Source: Alphaproteobacteria bacterium (GTDB lineage Bacteria; Pseudomonadota; Alphaproteobacteria; UBA828). From it: DNA of 64,000 nt. Positions 39,765 to 49,125 of this stretch are shown one piece after another. The position numbers were made by a program, and so were the translations under genes. The stretch spans positions 32,001 to 96,000 of the forward strand of contig CAXXVO010000018.1 of the NCBI GenBank assembly GCA_963422645.2, in the 5' to 3' direction. Within the stretch, counting starts at the first letter, position 1. Every line of letters begins with the position of its first letter. The notes below the pieces were generated by a model that saw nothing but the letters and a program-made list of their open reading frames with translations, ran no database searches and was not told where the DNA came from.

Positions 39765-40259
39765 TCAAGTCTCCACGGTGTGGAGCATGACTCGGAGCGC
39801 TCGCGCGAGCTCCGCCTTTTCCTCCGTGGAGAGGTCGCGGGTGATCTCGCCTTCCAGGGCGTTGAAGCGGGGGAAGATCGCGCGCACGGCGGCACGCCCC
39901 GTCTCCGTCGCCTCGACCAGCACCCGCCGGCCGTCTGCGGCATGCGGGCGGCGGGCGGCGAAGCCCAACCCCTCCAGGGTCTTCACCACGCCGGTCAGCG
40001 TGCTCTTGGAGATTCCCGATTCCTCGGCGAGGACGTTGGATTCCTTCGGCCCCCACACCCACAGCACCCAGAGCACCGTGAAGCCTGAGAAGGAGAGGCG
40101 GTAGTCGGCGAGCAGGTTGCGCTCCATGTAGTTGCGCACCGCGTTGGCCACGCGAAAGACGTTCGAGACGGCCGCGAAGGCATCGATGTCGATACCCAGC
40201 CCCTCGACCCGTGCGCGCGCTTCGCGCTCCTCACGCGTGAGCGCAACCTCCCTGCTCAT
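39765..40259 (-). CDS. MarR-family transcriptional regulator
   Basis: LAEESGISKSTLTGVVKTLE...DGRRVLV...TETG; ATGA-coupled to the upstream gene. Confidence 0.88.
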   Translation of the reverse strand: MSREVALTREEREARARVEGLGIDIDAFAAVSNVFRVANAVRNYMERNLLADYRLSFSGFTVLWVLWVWGPKESNVLAEESGISKSTLTGVVKTLEGLGFAARRPHAADGRRVLVEATETGRAAVRAIFPRFNALEGEITRDLSTEEKAELARALRVMLHTVET

Positions 40260-41077
40260 TCGTCGGCGCTCCCGACTTCGGGGAGGTTGGTTCGCTCCAG
40301 TGTCGTGCCGCTGCGCCAAGACATGGCGACCTCGCGCCAGTAGCCCGCGATCAACTCGCGCGGCTCCAGCCGGGTGAGCTCCTCCACCGGGGAGTCGCCG
40401 ATCCAGAGCTCGAAGCTGCCGCGGAAGCAGCGGCCGACCTCGCTCTCGAAGGCGGACATGGTCACCAGCTCGTCCAGGCTGTCGCTGCCGTCGCCTTCGA
40501 TCGCGGGCATCCAGCGGTTGTGCACCATCGGCAGCGCGTTGACGAAGCCGGCGTGGTCGCTCTCGGCCTCGATCTCGAAGGTCGCGTGCAGCAGGCGGCG
40601 GTCGTTGGCCGCAAGGCTCGCGCCGAAGCGCCCGCCGGGCTCAAGGCGCGGACCGGCCCGGCCCACCGTGACCGGGCGCGTGAGATAGATCGAGCCGAGC
40701 TTCTTGGGGTAGCCCTGGTGATGGCCGCGCACCATGGCGTAATCGGTATCGACCCAGATGTAGGCGCAGCGCGAATAGTGCCGACCCCGGTACTTGCAGC
40801 GGATGACGACGAACATCTCCCGGTACTGCGCCCGGATGGGATCGAGCAGCTCCTCGAAGGTGTCGCAGCAGCTCTGCCACTCCGCCCAGATCAACGCCAC
40901 GGCGCCGGGGTCCTCGTCCGCCGGCGCGAGGCCGGGCGGGATCAGCTCCGCCACCGCCTCCGGATCGGTCCGGAATTCGAGGGTGAGCATCTGGCCGGAG
41001 TAATGCCACGGCACGGGCGGCAGCAGGGAAGCGCGTCCGCTGCGGGAGCGCGGGAACATGAAGCCTTTGAGGGACAA
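40256..41077 (-). CDS. Acetoacetate decarboxylase-family protein
   Basis: PPVPWHY, YIWVD, RGHHQGYPKKLG (Schiff-base Lys). Confidence 0.85.
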   Translation of the reverse strand: MSLKGFMFPRSRSGRASLLPPVPWHYSGQMLTLEFRTDPEAVAELIPPGLAPADEDPGAVALIWAEWQSCCDTFEELLDPIRAQYREMFVVIRCKYRGRHYSRCAYIWVDTDYAMVRGHHQGYPKKLGSIYLTRPVTVGRAGPRLEPGGRFGASLAANDRRLLHATFEIEAESDHAGFVNALPMVHNRWMPAIEGDGSDSLDELVTMSAFESEVGRCFRGSFELWIGDSPVEELTRLEPRELIAGYWREVAMSWRSGTTLERTNLPEVGSADE

Positions 41078-41171
41078 GACGAATCACTCCCGGAATCGCG
41101 ACGATTCCTTGTCTTTCGCAAGCCGCGATCCTATCGTCAGGGACCGAACGATTTCAAGCCGAGGGCTAGCC

Positions 41172-42020
41172 ATGAGGGAGCACAGGCGCATCCTGCTCGA
41201 CGGTTATCCCGTCATCGTGACCGGAGAGGGCGAGCGCCTGCACGCGAAGGACGGGCGCTCGGTCGCGCTGGCGGATGCGGTCCACCTGCCGCCGACGGAG
41301 CCGCGCAAGATCATCTGCGTGCACCTCAACTACAAGAGCCGGGTGGACGAGTTCATGGTGACGCTGCCCGCGACGCCCACCTACTTCCACAAGCCGGTGA
41401 GCGCGCTCTGCGGGCACCGTGCGCAGGTGGTGCGGCCCGAGCGCTGCCAGTGGCTCAACTACGAGGGCGAGATCGCCATCGTCATCGGCCGGCACTGCCG
41501 GAACATCGCCCGCGACGAGGCCGGCGACTACATCGCCGGCTACACCATCGCGAACGACTACGGCCTGCACGACTTCCGCGACACCGACGCGGGCTCCATG
41601 CTGCGGGTGAAGGGCTCGGACACGCTCTGCCCGGTGGGCCCCGCGCTGGTCAGCGGCTGGGATTTTCGGGGCAAGTCCGTCCGGACCTACGTCAACGGCG
41701 CCCTCGCCCAGGACGGGAACACAGACGAGATGGCGTGGGACATGCACTACCTCGTCGCCGACATCGCCCGCAACATCACCCTCGAGCCGGGGGACCTGCT
41801 GCTCTCCGGCACGCCCGCCAACAGCCGGCCCGTCGAGCCGGGCGACGTCGTGCGGGTGGAGGTGGAGGGGCTGGGTGCGCTGGAGAACGAGATCGTCCAG
41901 GGCCCGGCGCCCATTCGCGACGATGTCGGCGCCCAGCCCACGACTTCGGAGGAGGTCATGTCCACCGCGCTCGGCGGCGACTGGGAGTTCCGAGGCATTC
42001 GGGCACCGCGCAAGTCGTGA
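41172..42020 (+). CDS. Fumarylacetoacetate hydrolase-family protein
   Basis: KIICVHLNY, FHKP, NYEGEIAIVIG, GYTIAND, KGSDTLCPVGP, LSGTP. Confidence 0.92.
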   Translation: MREHRRILLDGYPVIVTGEGERLHAKDGRSVALADAVHLPPTEPRKIICVHLNYKSRVDEFMVTLPATPTYFHKPVSALCGHRAQVVRPERCQWLNYEGEIAIVIGRHCRNIARDEAGDYIAGYTIANDYGLHDFRDTDAGSMLRVKGSDTLCPVGPALVSGWDFRGKSVRTYVNGALAQDGNTDEMAWDMHYLVADIARNITLEPGDLLLSGTPANSRPVEPGDVVRVEVEGLGALENEIVQGPAPIRDDVGAQPTTSEEVMSTALGGDWEFRGIRAPRKS

Positions 42021-42074
42021 GGCCCTCCCGCTCTTCGTGACTCTATCTCTTGCGCGCGCGTCCCTATGTTGCGT

Positions 42075-42270
42075 GCGCGAGACCTTTCAGGCGCGCGCGA
42101 CCCGGACCATGGTGCGGTGCCCGGTACGAGGCGCGCCCGCCATACTCGCGCCATGACGTGTGACGACGAAGGGGCGCGGGCGAAGGGAGGGGATTGTCGA
42201 GGGCGGCCGTCTGTCCGGGAAACTCACGTTGTCTCAGGAAATCTCACTGTGTCTCGCGAAATTTACTTCC
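42075..42270. repeat. Dispersed intergenic element, copy A
   Basis: CCCGGACCATGGTGCGGTGC-N25-TCGCGCCATG shared with 61090-61144; roughly 10-bp periodic CTCA array at about 42218-42265. Confidence 0.6.
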
Positions 42271-42392
42271 CTTTCGACGCCCGCGCGGAGCCAGGCGGCA
42301 GAGCCCTCCAGGATCTGAAGAGTCTTCAGGTCGCTGTGGAAGTCGAGGGCGTAGGCGCGGAAGTTGCGCGCCGGGCGTATCGAGGCGCGGGG

Positions 42393-43679
42393 CTAGAGGA
42401 AGTTGAGGTAGCGCGACATTTCCCAGTCCGTCGTGCTGCCGAGGTAGTCGTCCCACTCCTTGCGCTTGATCCCGATGTGGTTCGCAACCAGCAGTTCGCC
42501 GATGGCGGAAACCAGCGCGCCGTCCTGTTCGAGCGCGTCGAGCGCCGCGCCCAGGTTCTCGGGCACGGTCACGTCGGTGTCGACGCTCTCCAGCCCGTCG
42601 CCGGTCTCCGCCGGCGGCAGTGGATAGCCCTTCTCCACCCCGAGCCGCGCCGCCTGCAGCATGGTCGCGGCGGCAACGTAGGGATTGGCGGCGCCGTCGG
42701 CGACACGATGTTCGATGCGCGTCCCCGGGCCGCGCTCGCCGGGCACCCGCACCGCGACGCCGCGGTGGTCGTAGCCCCAGTTCGCCCAGCAGCCGGCGAG
42801 GCTCGCCGGGCGGAGCCGGCGGTAGGAGTTCACGGTGGGTGCGATCAGCCCGGCCATGGAGCGGTGGTGGTGCATGAGCCCCGCGATGCAGTGCCGGGCG
42901 AGTTGGGAGAGACCGTCTTCCTGCGCAGGATCGGCGAGGGCATTGTCCCCGCCCTGATCGGCAAGGCTGAGGTTGAGGTGGACCCCACTGCCGCCGCGAT
43001 CCGAGAGCGGCTTCGGCATGAAGGTGAGCAGGTAGCCCCGCTTCGCCGCGACCTCGCGCGCCATCAGTCTGAAGAGAAAAATGTCGTCGATGGCGCCGAG
43101 CGCGTCCCGATAGCGCAGCGTGAACTCGAACTGCGGCCAGTCGAACTCGCTGTTGATCGCCTCCAGCGGGAAGCCGCAGGCCTGCGCCTGCGACCAGATA
43201 TCGTCGACCAGGCCGGCGGGGTCGACCGCAGTGCCGGTGCCGTAGACGTAGGCGCCGGGAGTGTCGTAGGGCACCCAGTTGCCGGAGGAATCGCGCTCGA
43301 AGACGAAGGCCTCAAGCTCGATACCGAGGAAGGGGGCGAGGTCGGCCTGCTGCCATGCGGCGATCGCGCGGGCGAGCGCGCCCCTGGCGCAGAGCCCGAG
43401 CGGCTGCCCCTCCTTCTCCAGGTCCGCCACCACCACGCCGGTGCCGGGCTCCCAGCCGGGCCGGACCTCTTCGAGGTCGAACGCCGCCTCCATGTCCGGC
43501 AGCCCCTCGGGTACCCCGGAGCCCGGGGCGGGGATCAGGGCACGCTCGTAGTCCACCGCGTAGACCCCGACGCAATGCCGGAGCGTGCCGGACTCGGCCA
43601 GGGCGCGCGGGACGTACTTGCCGCGTGCGAGGTTCAGGTGGTCGCAGAACAGGACCCGAATGCGTTCGTAGTCGCTCAT
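42393..43679 (-). CDS. Glutamine synthetase-like (gamma-glutamyl-amine ligase, PuuA-type) protein
   Basis: RGK, GIELEAF, EFDWPQFE, TFMPKP, GSGVHLNLSL, PTVNSYRRL, RIEHR, ANPY. Confidence 0.88.
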   Translation of the reverse strand: MSDYERIRVLFCDHLNLARGKYVPRALAESGTLRHCVGVYAVDYERALIPAPGSGVPEGLPDMEAAFDLEEVRPGWEPGTGVVVADLEKEGQPLGLCARGALARAIAAWQQADLAPFLGIELEAFVFERDSSGNWVPYDTPGAYVYGTGTAVDPAGLVDDIWSQAQACGFPLEAINSEFDWPQFEFTLRYRDALGAIDDIFLFRLMAREVAAKRGYLLTFMPKPLSDRGGSGVHLNLSLADQGGDNALADPAQEDGLSQLARHCIAGLMHHHRSMAGLIAPTVNSYRRLRPASLAGCWANWGYDHRGVAVRVPGERGPGTRIEHRVADGAANPYVAAATMLQAARLGVEKGYPLPPAETGDGLESVDTDVTVPENLGAALDALEQDGALVSAIGELLVANHIGIKRKEWDDYLGSTTDWEMSRYLNFL

Positions 43680-43709
43680 GCCAAGCGCCCCATGAAGCGG
43701 CCGCGCCGG

Positions 43710-44969
43710 TTAGCAGGTCACCGACACCGGCAGAGACTTGATGCCGTTGATGAAGTTGGAGCGGAGCCGGAGCGCCTGACCGGCCGGCCGGATCGTGCGC
43801 ACCCGCCGCGTCAGCTCCTCCAGCACGATGCGCAGCTCGAGCCGTGCCAGCCAGAGGCCCAGGCAGAGGTGATGCCCGCCCCGCCCGAAGGCCATTTGCG
43901 GGTTGGGATCGCGCGCGAAATCGGCGCTGTAGGGTTCGTCGAAGACCCGCTCGTCGAAGTTGCCGGAGATGAACCACAGGATCAACTTGTCGCCCGCCGC
44001 GATGGTGCGCCCGTGCATCTCGCAGTCCTCCACAGCGGTCCGGCGAAAGTGCATGGTCGGCGACGAGATGCGCAGCAGCTCCTCCACCGCCGTGGCCCAG
44101 AGCGCCTCATCGGCGCCCTGAAGCTGCTCGAAGAGCCGGGGTTCACGCGCAAGCAGATCGACGGCAGAGGCGACCGCATAGCGCGTGGTGTCGTTGCCCG
44201 CCACCACCAGCAGCGTGAAGAAATTCTTGAACTCGTGGTCGGTGAGCGGCTCGCCGTCCCGATCGGGCTCGAGCAGAAGGCTGATGACGTCGCCGCTCGG
44301 CTTCCCGCGTCGGAGCGCGGCCTGGCGCTCGGCGTACTCGAAGACCTCCGCGCCTGCCGGCGAGCGGAAGGGCATGAGGCGGAAGGCATCGGTGTCGACC
44401 TGGTCGACCACGTGGTCGGTGAAGTCCGGGTCGCTGTTCGCCATCATTTCATCGCCCTTGTCGGCGAGCCAGGCGCCGTCCTCCTCCGACACCCCGAGCA
44501 CGCCCGCCAGCATCAGCATGGGCAGGGGCTTCGCGATCGCGTCGACGCAATCGAACTCGTCCTGCTTCAGGGCCTCGTCGAGCACGTGGGAGACGATGGC
44601 GCGGACCCGGTCCCGGTAGGTCTCGATGAAGCGGCGCGAGAAGGTGCGGTTGACCAGGCGGCGCAGGCGGGTGTGCTCGGGCGGGTCCTGCTCCATCATG
44701 GTCAGGCGCGCGCTCCGCTCCTCCTCCGACATCTCTTCCAGCCGAATCCCTCGCCGGGTCGTGAACTGCCGGAAGTTCTTGCTGATCTCCGTGATGTCCT
44801 CGTGGCGCGTGATGGCCCAGAACCCGGAGGCATCGCGTTCGTCGAACCACGCAACCGGGTCATCGCGCCGCAGCGCCTCGAAGGTCTTGTGAGGCACGCA
44901 ATTGACGAACGAGTCGTGAGAGGAGAGGTCGGCGATGCCCTCCGGCTCAGGAGAAAGAAGCTCGGACAT
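43710..44969 (-). CDS. Cytochrome P450
   Basis: DPPEHTRLR, VAGNDTT (I helix), EELLR (ExxR), FGRGGHHLCLG (heme Cys). Confidence 0.95.
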   Translation of the reverse strand: MSELLSPEPEGIADLSSHDSFVNCVPHKTFEALRRDDPVAWFDERDASGFWAITRHEDITEISKNFRQFTTRRGIRLEEMSEEERSARLTMMEQDPPEHTRLRRLVNRTFSRRFIETYRDRVRAIVSHVLDEALKQDEFDCVDAIAKPLPMLMLAGVLGVSEEDGAWLADKGDEMMANSDPDFTDHVVDQVDTDAFRLMPFRSPAGAEVFEYAERQAALRRGKPSGDVISLLLEPDRDGEPLTDHEFKNFFTLLVVAGNDTTRYAVASAVDLLAREPRLFEQLQGADEALWATAVEELLRISSPTMHFRRTAVEDCEMHGRTIAAGDKLILWFISGNFDERVFDEPYSADFARDPNPQMAFGRGGHHLCLGLWLARLELRIVLEELTRRVRTIRPAGQALRLRSNFINGIKSLPVSVTC

Positions 44970-45112
44970 GGCGGTCTCGTTTGGTTGCGAACCGGTTGGC
45001 GTCATGATAGTTCGGATACGAACGATCTGTCCACAGAAGTCCTTTGCCGCGCGCAGGAGCCGGAGCCAACGCGTGGGCTCCGGGGCGCAGGCAAGGCGAT
45101 AGGAGAGGAGAC

Positions 45113-45991
45113 GTGGGAGACATCGCGGGCGCCGGTTTCTTGTCGCATGTGCCTACGATCATGCTGCCGAAGGAGGTCCGGCTGGAGCTGAACGAGGGCC
45201 GTGAGCTCAGCCTCGTGACCGGCCTCGAGCGGCTGCGCAGCGAGGTCTTGGGCGACCTCAGGCCCGACACCTTCGTGGTGTTCGACACCCACTGGTTCAC
45301 CACCGTGGAGTTCATCGTGAACGCCCACGAGCGCCGCCGGGGCCTCTATACGTCGGGCGAGCTTCCCCGGGGCATCCACGGCCTTCCCTTCGACCTTGCC
45401 GGCAGCCCGGCGCTGGCCGCGAGCATGGCGGCGGCGGTACGCGAGCATGCAGGCGTGCCCTGCATCGCCAACGACGATGCGCACCTGCCGATCCATTACC
45501 CCACCCTCAACCTCGCCCACTACCTGAACCGCGGCGAGCGCTGGGTCTCCGTCAGCATCTGCCAGACCGCGCGCGACGAGGATTTTCTCGCGGTGGGAGC
45601 GGCGCTGGGGCGGGCGATCGCGGCCTCGGAGGAGCGCGTGGTGCTGCTCGCAAGCGGGGGAATGAGCCACCGCTTCTGGCCGCTCTCGGAGTTCGACCGG
45701 CACGAGGCCTCGGACCCGATTCACATCCGCACGCCCGAAGCGCGCGCCGCGGACCTGGAGCGCCTGGCCTGGTGGGCAGAGGGCGACCACGCGGCGGTCA
45801 TTGACTCGATGGACGCCTTCCGCGCCCACAAGCCGGAAGGCCTGTTCGGGCACTACCTGATGATGGTCGCCGCGCTGGGCGGACGCGAATGCACCGCAAC
45901 CGGGACGCCGTTCAGCGACTACGAGAACGCGGCCGGCACCGGACAGGTGCACGTCTGGTTCGCCCGCCCGCCACAGGGCTGGAGCGGCTGA
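45113..45991 (+). CDS. LigB/HpaD-like class III extradiol ring-cleavage dioxygenase
   Basis: SHVPT, VFDTHW, ASGGMSHRFW, YENAAGTGQ; RBS GAGGAG before the GTG. Confidence 0.85.
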   Translation: MGDIAGAGFLSHVPTIMLPKEVRLELNEGRELSLVTGLERLRSEVLGDLRPDTFVVFDTHWFTTVEFIVNAHERRRGLYTSGELPRGIHGLPFDLAGSPALAASMAAAVREHAGVPCIANDDAHLPIHYPTLNLAHYLNRGERWVSVSICQTARDEDFLAVGAALGRAIAASEERVVLLASGGMSHRFWPLSEFDRHEASDPIHIRTPEARAADLERLAWWAEGDHAAVIDSMDAFRAHKPEGLFGHYLMMVAALGGRECTATGTPFSDYENAAGTGQVHVWFARPPQGWSG

Positions 45992-45992
45992 G

Positions 45993-47669
45993 CTAACTCA
46001 GGAAGCGGTCGAGCACGTGGCCGGGGGGCGGCACGTCGCGGTAGCCGTCCTCGTCGTAGACGCGGGTGCCATTGACCCAGACCCGCTGCACCCCGCTCGC
46101 GTCGCGCACCAGCCGGCTTTCGCCGCCGGGTAGATCGTAGACCCGCCTGATCGCGCCGCGCCCGACCGTTGCCGGATCGAAGAGCAGCAAGTCCGCAAAC
46201 TTGCCGGGTGCGATCTCGCCGCGATCGGCGATGCCGTAGAGCTGCGCCGGCATGCTGGTCACCCGGCGGATGCCGTCCGCCAGATCGAAGAGGCCCTTGT
46301 CGCGTACCCAATGGCCGAGCAGGTGCAGGCCGTAGCCGGCATCGCAGAGGTAGCAGAGATGGGCGCCGGCATCGGAGAGGCTGATGAGGCCCGCGTCGTG
46401 GCGCAGCAGCTCTTCCACCGCCGCCTCGTCGGCATTCAGCAGCGCGGCGTTGAAGGTGGTGCCCAGCCTCTCGTCCACGACGAGGTCGAACATGACGTCG
46501 ACCGGATCGCGACCCTCGCGCCCGGCGATGGCCTCGATGGTCTCGCCCTCCAGTGGCCGGTGCGCCGGCGTCGCCGCCATCGCCACCTCGACGCGCCGCC
46601 AATCGCCGTAGAAGATCTTGCCCTGCTTCGGCTTCTCCAGGTCCTCCCGGAACCTGTTGCGGAAATCCTGGCTTGCGACGATCGCCAGGAAATCGTCGTC
46701 AGATGCCGTGTGCAGCGGCTCCCAGGCATCGAGGCTCTGGAGCGGGAAGGCGGTCCGCATGGAGAAATCCATGCGGAGCGGCTGACACGAGACCTGGGCC
46801 CACACCCCGTTGCCGCGGCTCTGCGCGGCGGCCGCATCTTCGAGCATGCCGATGGCGCGGTCGGGGAAGGTCTCGTTGTGCAGGGCCGCGGTCATGAAGA
46901 TGGGCCGGCCGGTTTCCGCCGCCATGCTCTCCAGGCGCTCAACCGTCATGCTGGGGCCGACGGTGAGCTGGAAGATTCCCCGGCCGAGCTCGCCAAGCAC
47001 GCCGACCAGCGCGCGCAACTCGTCGTCTTCGGCGAGCCGCGACGGCATGGGCACGCCGCCGTCGCCGTTGTGGTTGATCGAAGTGGAGGTGGCGAAGCCG
47101 ATGGCGCCGGCCTCCATCGCCTCCGTCACGATGCCGCGCATGGCGGCGATCTCGTCATCGGTCGCCGCGCGGTCCGAGGCTTCGGCGCCGAGCACGGTGG
47201 TGCGTACCGCGGAGTGGCCGACGAAGACGCCGGCGTTGGGGTAGCAGCCCTTGCGCCGGAGCAAATCCAGATACTCCGGGAAGCTCTCGAAGCCCCAGTC
47301 GATCCCTGCCTCCAGCGCGGCGATGGACATGCCCTCGACCTCGGCCAGGTTGCGCGCCATCTGCTCGCGCCGATCCGGCGGGCAGGGCGCGATGCTGAAG
47401 CCGCAGTTGCCCATGACCACCGTGGTGACGCCGAGCGAGGGGGAGGGAGTCGCCTGGCTCTCCCAGGTGATCTGGGCGTCGTAGTGGGTGTGCACGTCGA
47501 CGATGCCGGGCGCCAGCACGAGGCCTTCGGCGTCGACCGTCTCCCGCGCGCTCTCGGTCACGTCGCCCACCTCGACGATGCGCTCACCGCTGACGGCGAC
47601 GTCGGTCTCGATCAGTGGGTTGCCCACGCCGTCGGCGACCATGGCGCCGCGAATCACCAGATCATGCAT
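45993..47669 (-). CDS. N-acyl-D-amino-acid deacylase-family amidohydrolase
   Basis: APGIVDVHTHYD, GVTTVVMGNCG, SDAGAH, DRGEIAPGKFADL. Confidence 0.9.
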   Translation of the reverse strand: MHDLVIRGAMVADGVGNPLIETDVAVSGERIVEVGDVTESARETVDAEGLVLAPGIVDVHTHYDAQITWESQATPSPSLGVTTVVMGNCGFSIAPCPPDRREQMARNLAEVEGMSIAALEAGIDWGFESFPEYLDLLRRKGCYPNAGVFVGHSAVRTTVLGAEASDRAATDDEIAAMRGIVTEAMEAGAIGFATSTSINHNGDGGVPMPSRLAEDDELRALVGVLGELGRGIFQLTVGPSMTVERLESMAAETGRPIFMTAALHNETFPDRAIGMLEDAAAAQSRGNGVWAQVSCQPLRMDFSMRTAFPLQSLDAWEPLHTASDDDFLAIVASQDFRNRFREDLEKPKQGKIFYGDWRRVEVAMAATPAHRPLEGETIEAIAGREGRDPVDVMFDLVVDERLGTTFNAALLNADEAAVEELLRHDAGLISLSDAGAHLCYLCDAGYGLHLLGHWVRDKGLFDLADGIRRVTSMPAQLYGIADRGEIAPGKFADLLLFDPATVGRGAIRRVYDLPGGESRLVRDASGVQRVWVNGTRVYDEDGYRDVPPPGHVLDRFLS

Positions 47670-47734
47670 GGTCCAACTCAGTCCTTCTCACGATAAGGCC
47701 GCCCGGCGCCCGAACGCGCCCGGCAAGGCCGGCG

Positions 47735-48364
47735 TCAGGGGGTCTTCGGAACCGTCACACCGATCATGCAGTCGCGGGTGACGAGCGCGGCGAGGCGCGC
47801 TTGCTCCCAACCCTCGGTGCCGGCGGGCCGCTGCGGCACGACAATGTAGCGCATGTCGGCGGTGGAATCGTGTACCCGCACGGTCGTGTCGCCGGGCACC
47901 TCGGTGCCGAACTCGCGCAGCACGGCGCGGGGCTCGCGCACCACCCGCGAGCGGTAGGCTTTCGCCTTGTACCAGTCCGGCGGGAGGCCCAGGAGGTTGC
48001 GCGGATAACAGGAGCAGAGCGTGCAGACGATCACGTTGTGCACGCTCGCCGTGTTCTCGACGGCGATCAGCCGGGTCGGCCCGAGTTCGACGCCGAGCTG
48101 CGCACACGCCTCGGTGCCGTCCGCCAGCAGCGCCTCCCTGAAGGCCGGGTCGGTCCAGGCGCGGGCCACGACCTCGGCCCCCTTCGCGGGGCTGCGGGCG
48201 TCCATCGCCTCGATCGCGGCGCGCACGTCGTCGGCGCCGAAGACCCCCTTCTCGATCAGGAGCTCGCGCACGGCGATCTCCATGGTCTCGTAGTAGCCGA
48301 GAGGGCCGTCCTCGTCGGGCGGCGGCCGGTGGTCGTGGGTGTGGTCGTGGCTATGGGTCGCCAT
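47735..48364 (-). CDS. nthA: Nitrile hydratase alpha subunit (Co-type motif) / thiocyanate hydrolase gamma-like
   Basis: VCTLCSCYP metal site, GLPPDWYK, YRSRVVREPR, His-rich N-terminus. Confidence 0.9.
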   Translation of the reverse strand: MATHSHDHTHDHRPPPDEDGPLGYYETMEIAVRELLIEKGVFGADDVRAAIEAMDARSPAKGAEVVARAWTDPAFREALLADGTEACAQLGVELGPTRLIAVENTASVHNVIVCTLCSCYPRNLLGLPPDWYKAKAYRSRVVREPRAVLREFGTEVPGDTTVRVHDSTADMRYIVVPQRPAGTEGWEQARLAALVTRDCMIGVTVPKTP

Positions 48365-48367
48365 CTT

Positions 48368-48661
48368 TCACTCCGTCGCGGGCTCGAGCCAGTGCTCGTA
48401 GAGCTCGATGTCGATGGTATCGCCGGGCGGCCCGTCGTAGTCCGGCCAGAGCGCGGTCTGGGCGAAACGCACGCGATAGAGGGTCTGCTTGGGGCGGTCC
48501 CTGCGCCCGAACGCAAGCTCCTCGGGGTTGCCGAAATCGCCGCAGATGCGCTCCACATCGCCGACGGCGCCGCGCGCATAGTGGGGCGTGCGGATATGGC
48601 CGAGCGGGAAGGCCCGGCGCACCGCCACCCGGTCGCCCACGGCAAAGCGGGCCGCCATCAT
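48368..48661 (-). CDS. Nitrile hydratase beta C-terminal (SH3-like) subunit
   Basis: FAVGDRV, GHIRTPHYARG, YRVRF..LW, LYEHWLEPA. Confidence 0.85.
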   Translation of the reverse strand: MMAARFAVGDRVAVRRAFPLGHIRTPHYARGAVGDVERICGDFGNPEELAFGRRDRPKQTLYRVRFAQTALWPDYDGPPGDTIDIELYEHWLEPATE

Positions 48662-48987
48662 CCGGCGCCCTCGTCGCGTTTCTCGACCTCGGCCATGCGG
48701 CGGCCGAGCTCGTCGGAGGAGATGACCCCTTGGGCGAGCAGGGTGTTGGTGATGGAGGCGATCCAGCGCTCGTAGTAGCTCATCGCCTCGTAGGCCTCGG
48801 CGCCGAGCTGCTCGATACCGCGGCGGAGCTGGTCCACGGTGATCACGCCGCGCTCGGGACTCCCAAGAAGCACCATCAGCGCGTCGACCCGCTTCTCCCA
48901 GAGCGCGTGCGCGTGCTCGGCCCGCTCGATGGGTCCGGCGGTCAGCCCGCCGATGTCGTGGCAACCGCGCCCCGAATCGTCGCTCAC
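48658..48987 (-). CDS. Nitrile hydratase beta N-terminal subunit
   Basis: HDIGG, WEKRVDAL, RRGIE, SYYERW; RBS GGAGG before GTG 48987. Confidence 0.85.
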   Translation of the reverse strand: MSDDSGRGCHDIGGLTAGPIERAEHAHALWEKRVDALMVLLGSPERGVITVDQLRRGIEQLGAEAYEAMSYYERWIASITNTLLAQGVISSDELGRRMAEVEKRDEGAG

Positions 48988-49125
48988 GCCGGCTCCTCCC
49001 CTACTCTCCCGCTGCGGGGCCACGATAGAATCGGGGCGCGCGAGGGACAAGACCGGCTCCGCCCGAGACACGGATGGCGGGTCTCACCCGGCCCCGCGCC
49101 TGAGGCCTGAGAGGGAACGCGGGAG

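Noticed and set aside
30719-41077. MppP/MppR-like enduracididine pathway (PLP enzyme + ADC-family protein)
   Set aside because: The genes are about 8 kb apart in opposite operons with no NRPS or mppQ context; no sequence support beyond fold class.
42393-43679. Calling this the housekeeping glnA
   Set aside because: Short, divergent N-terminus and catabolic context fit gamma-glutamyl-amine ligases, so no gene symbol was given.
42066-45191. 1041-aa plus-strand ORF
   Set aside because: Antisense shadow of the GS-like and P450 genes; long shadow ORFs are expected at this GC content.
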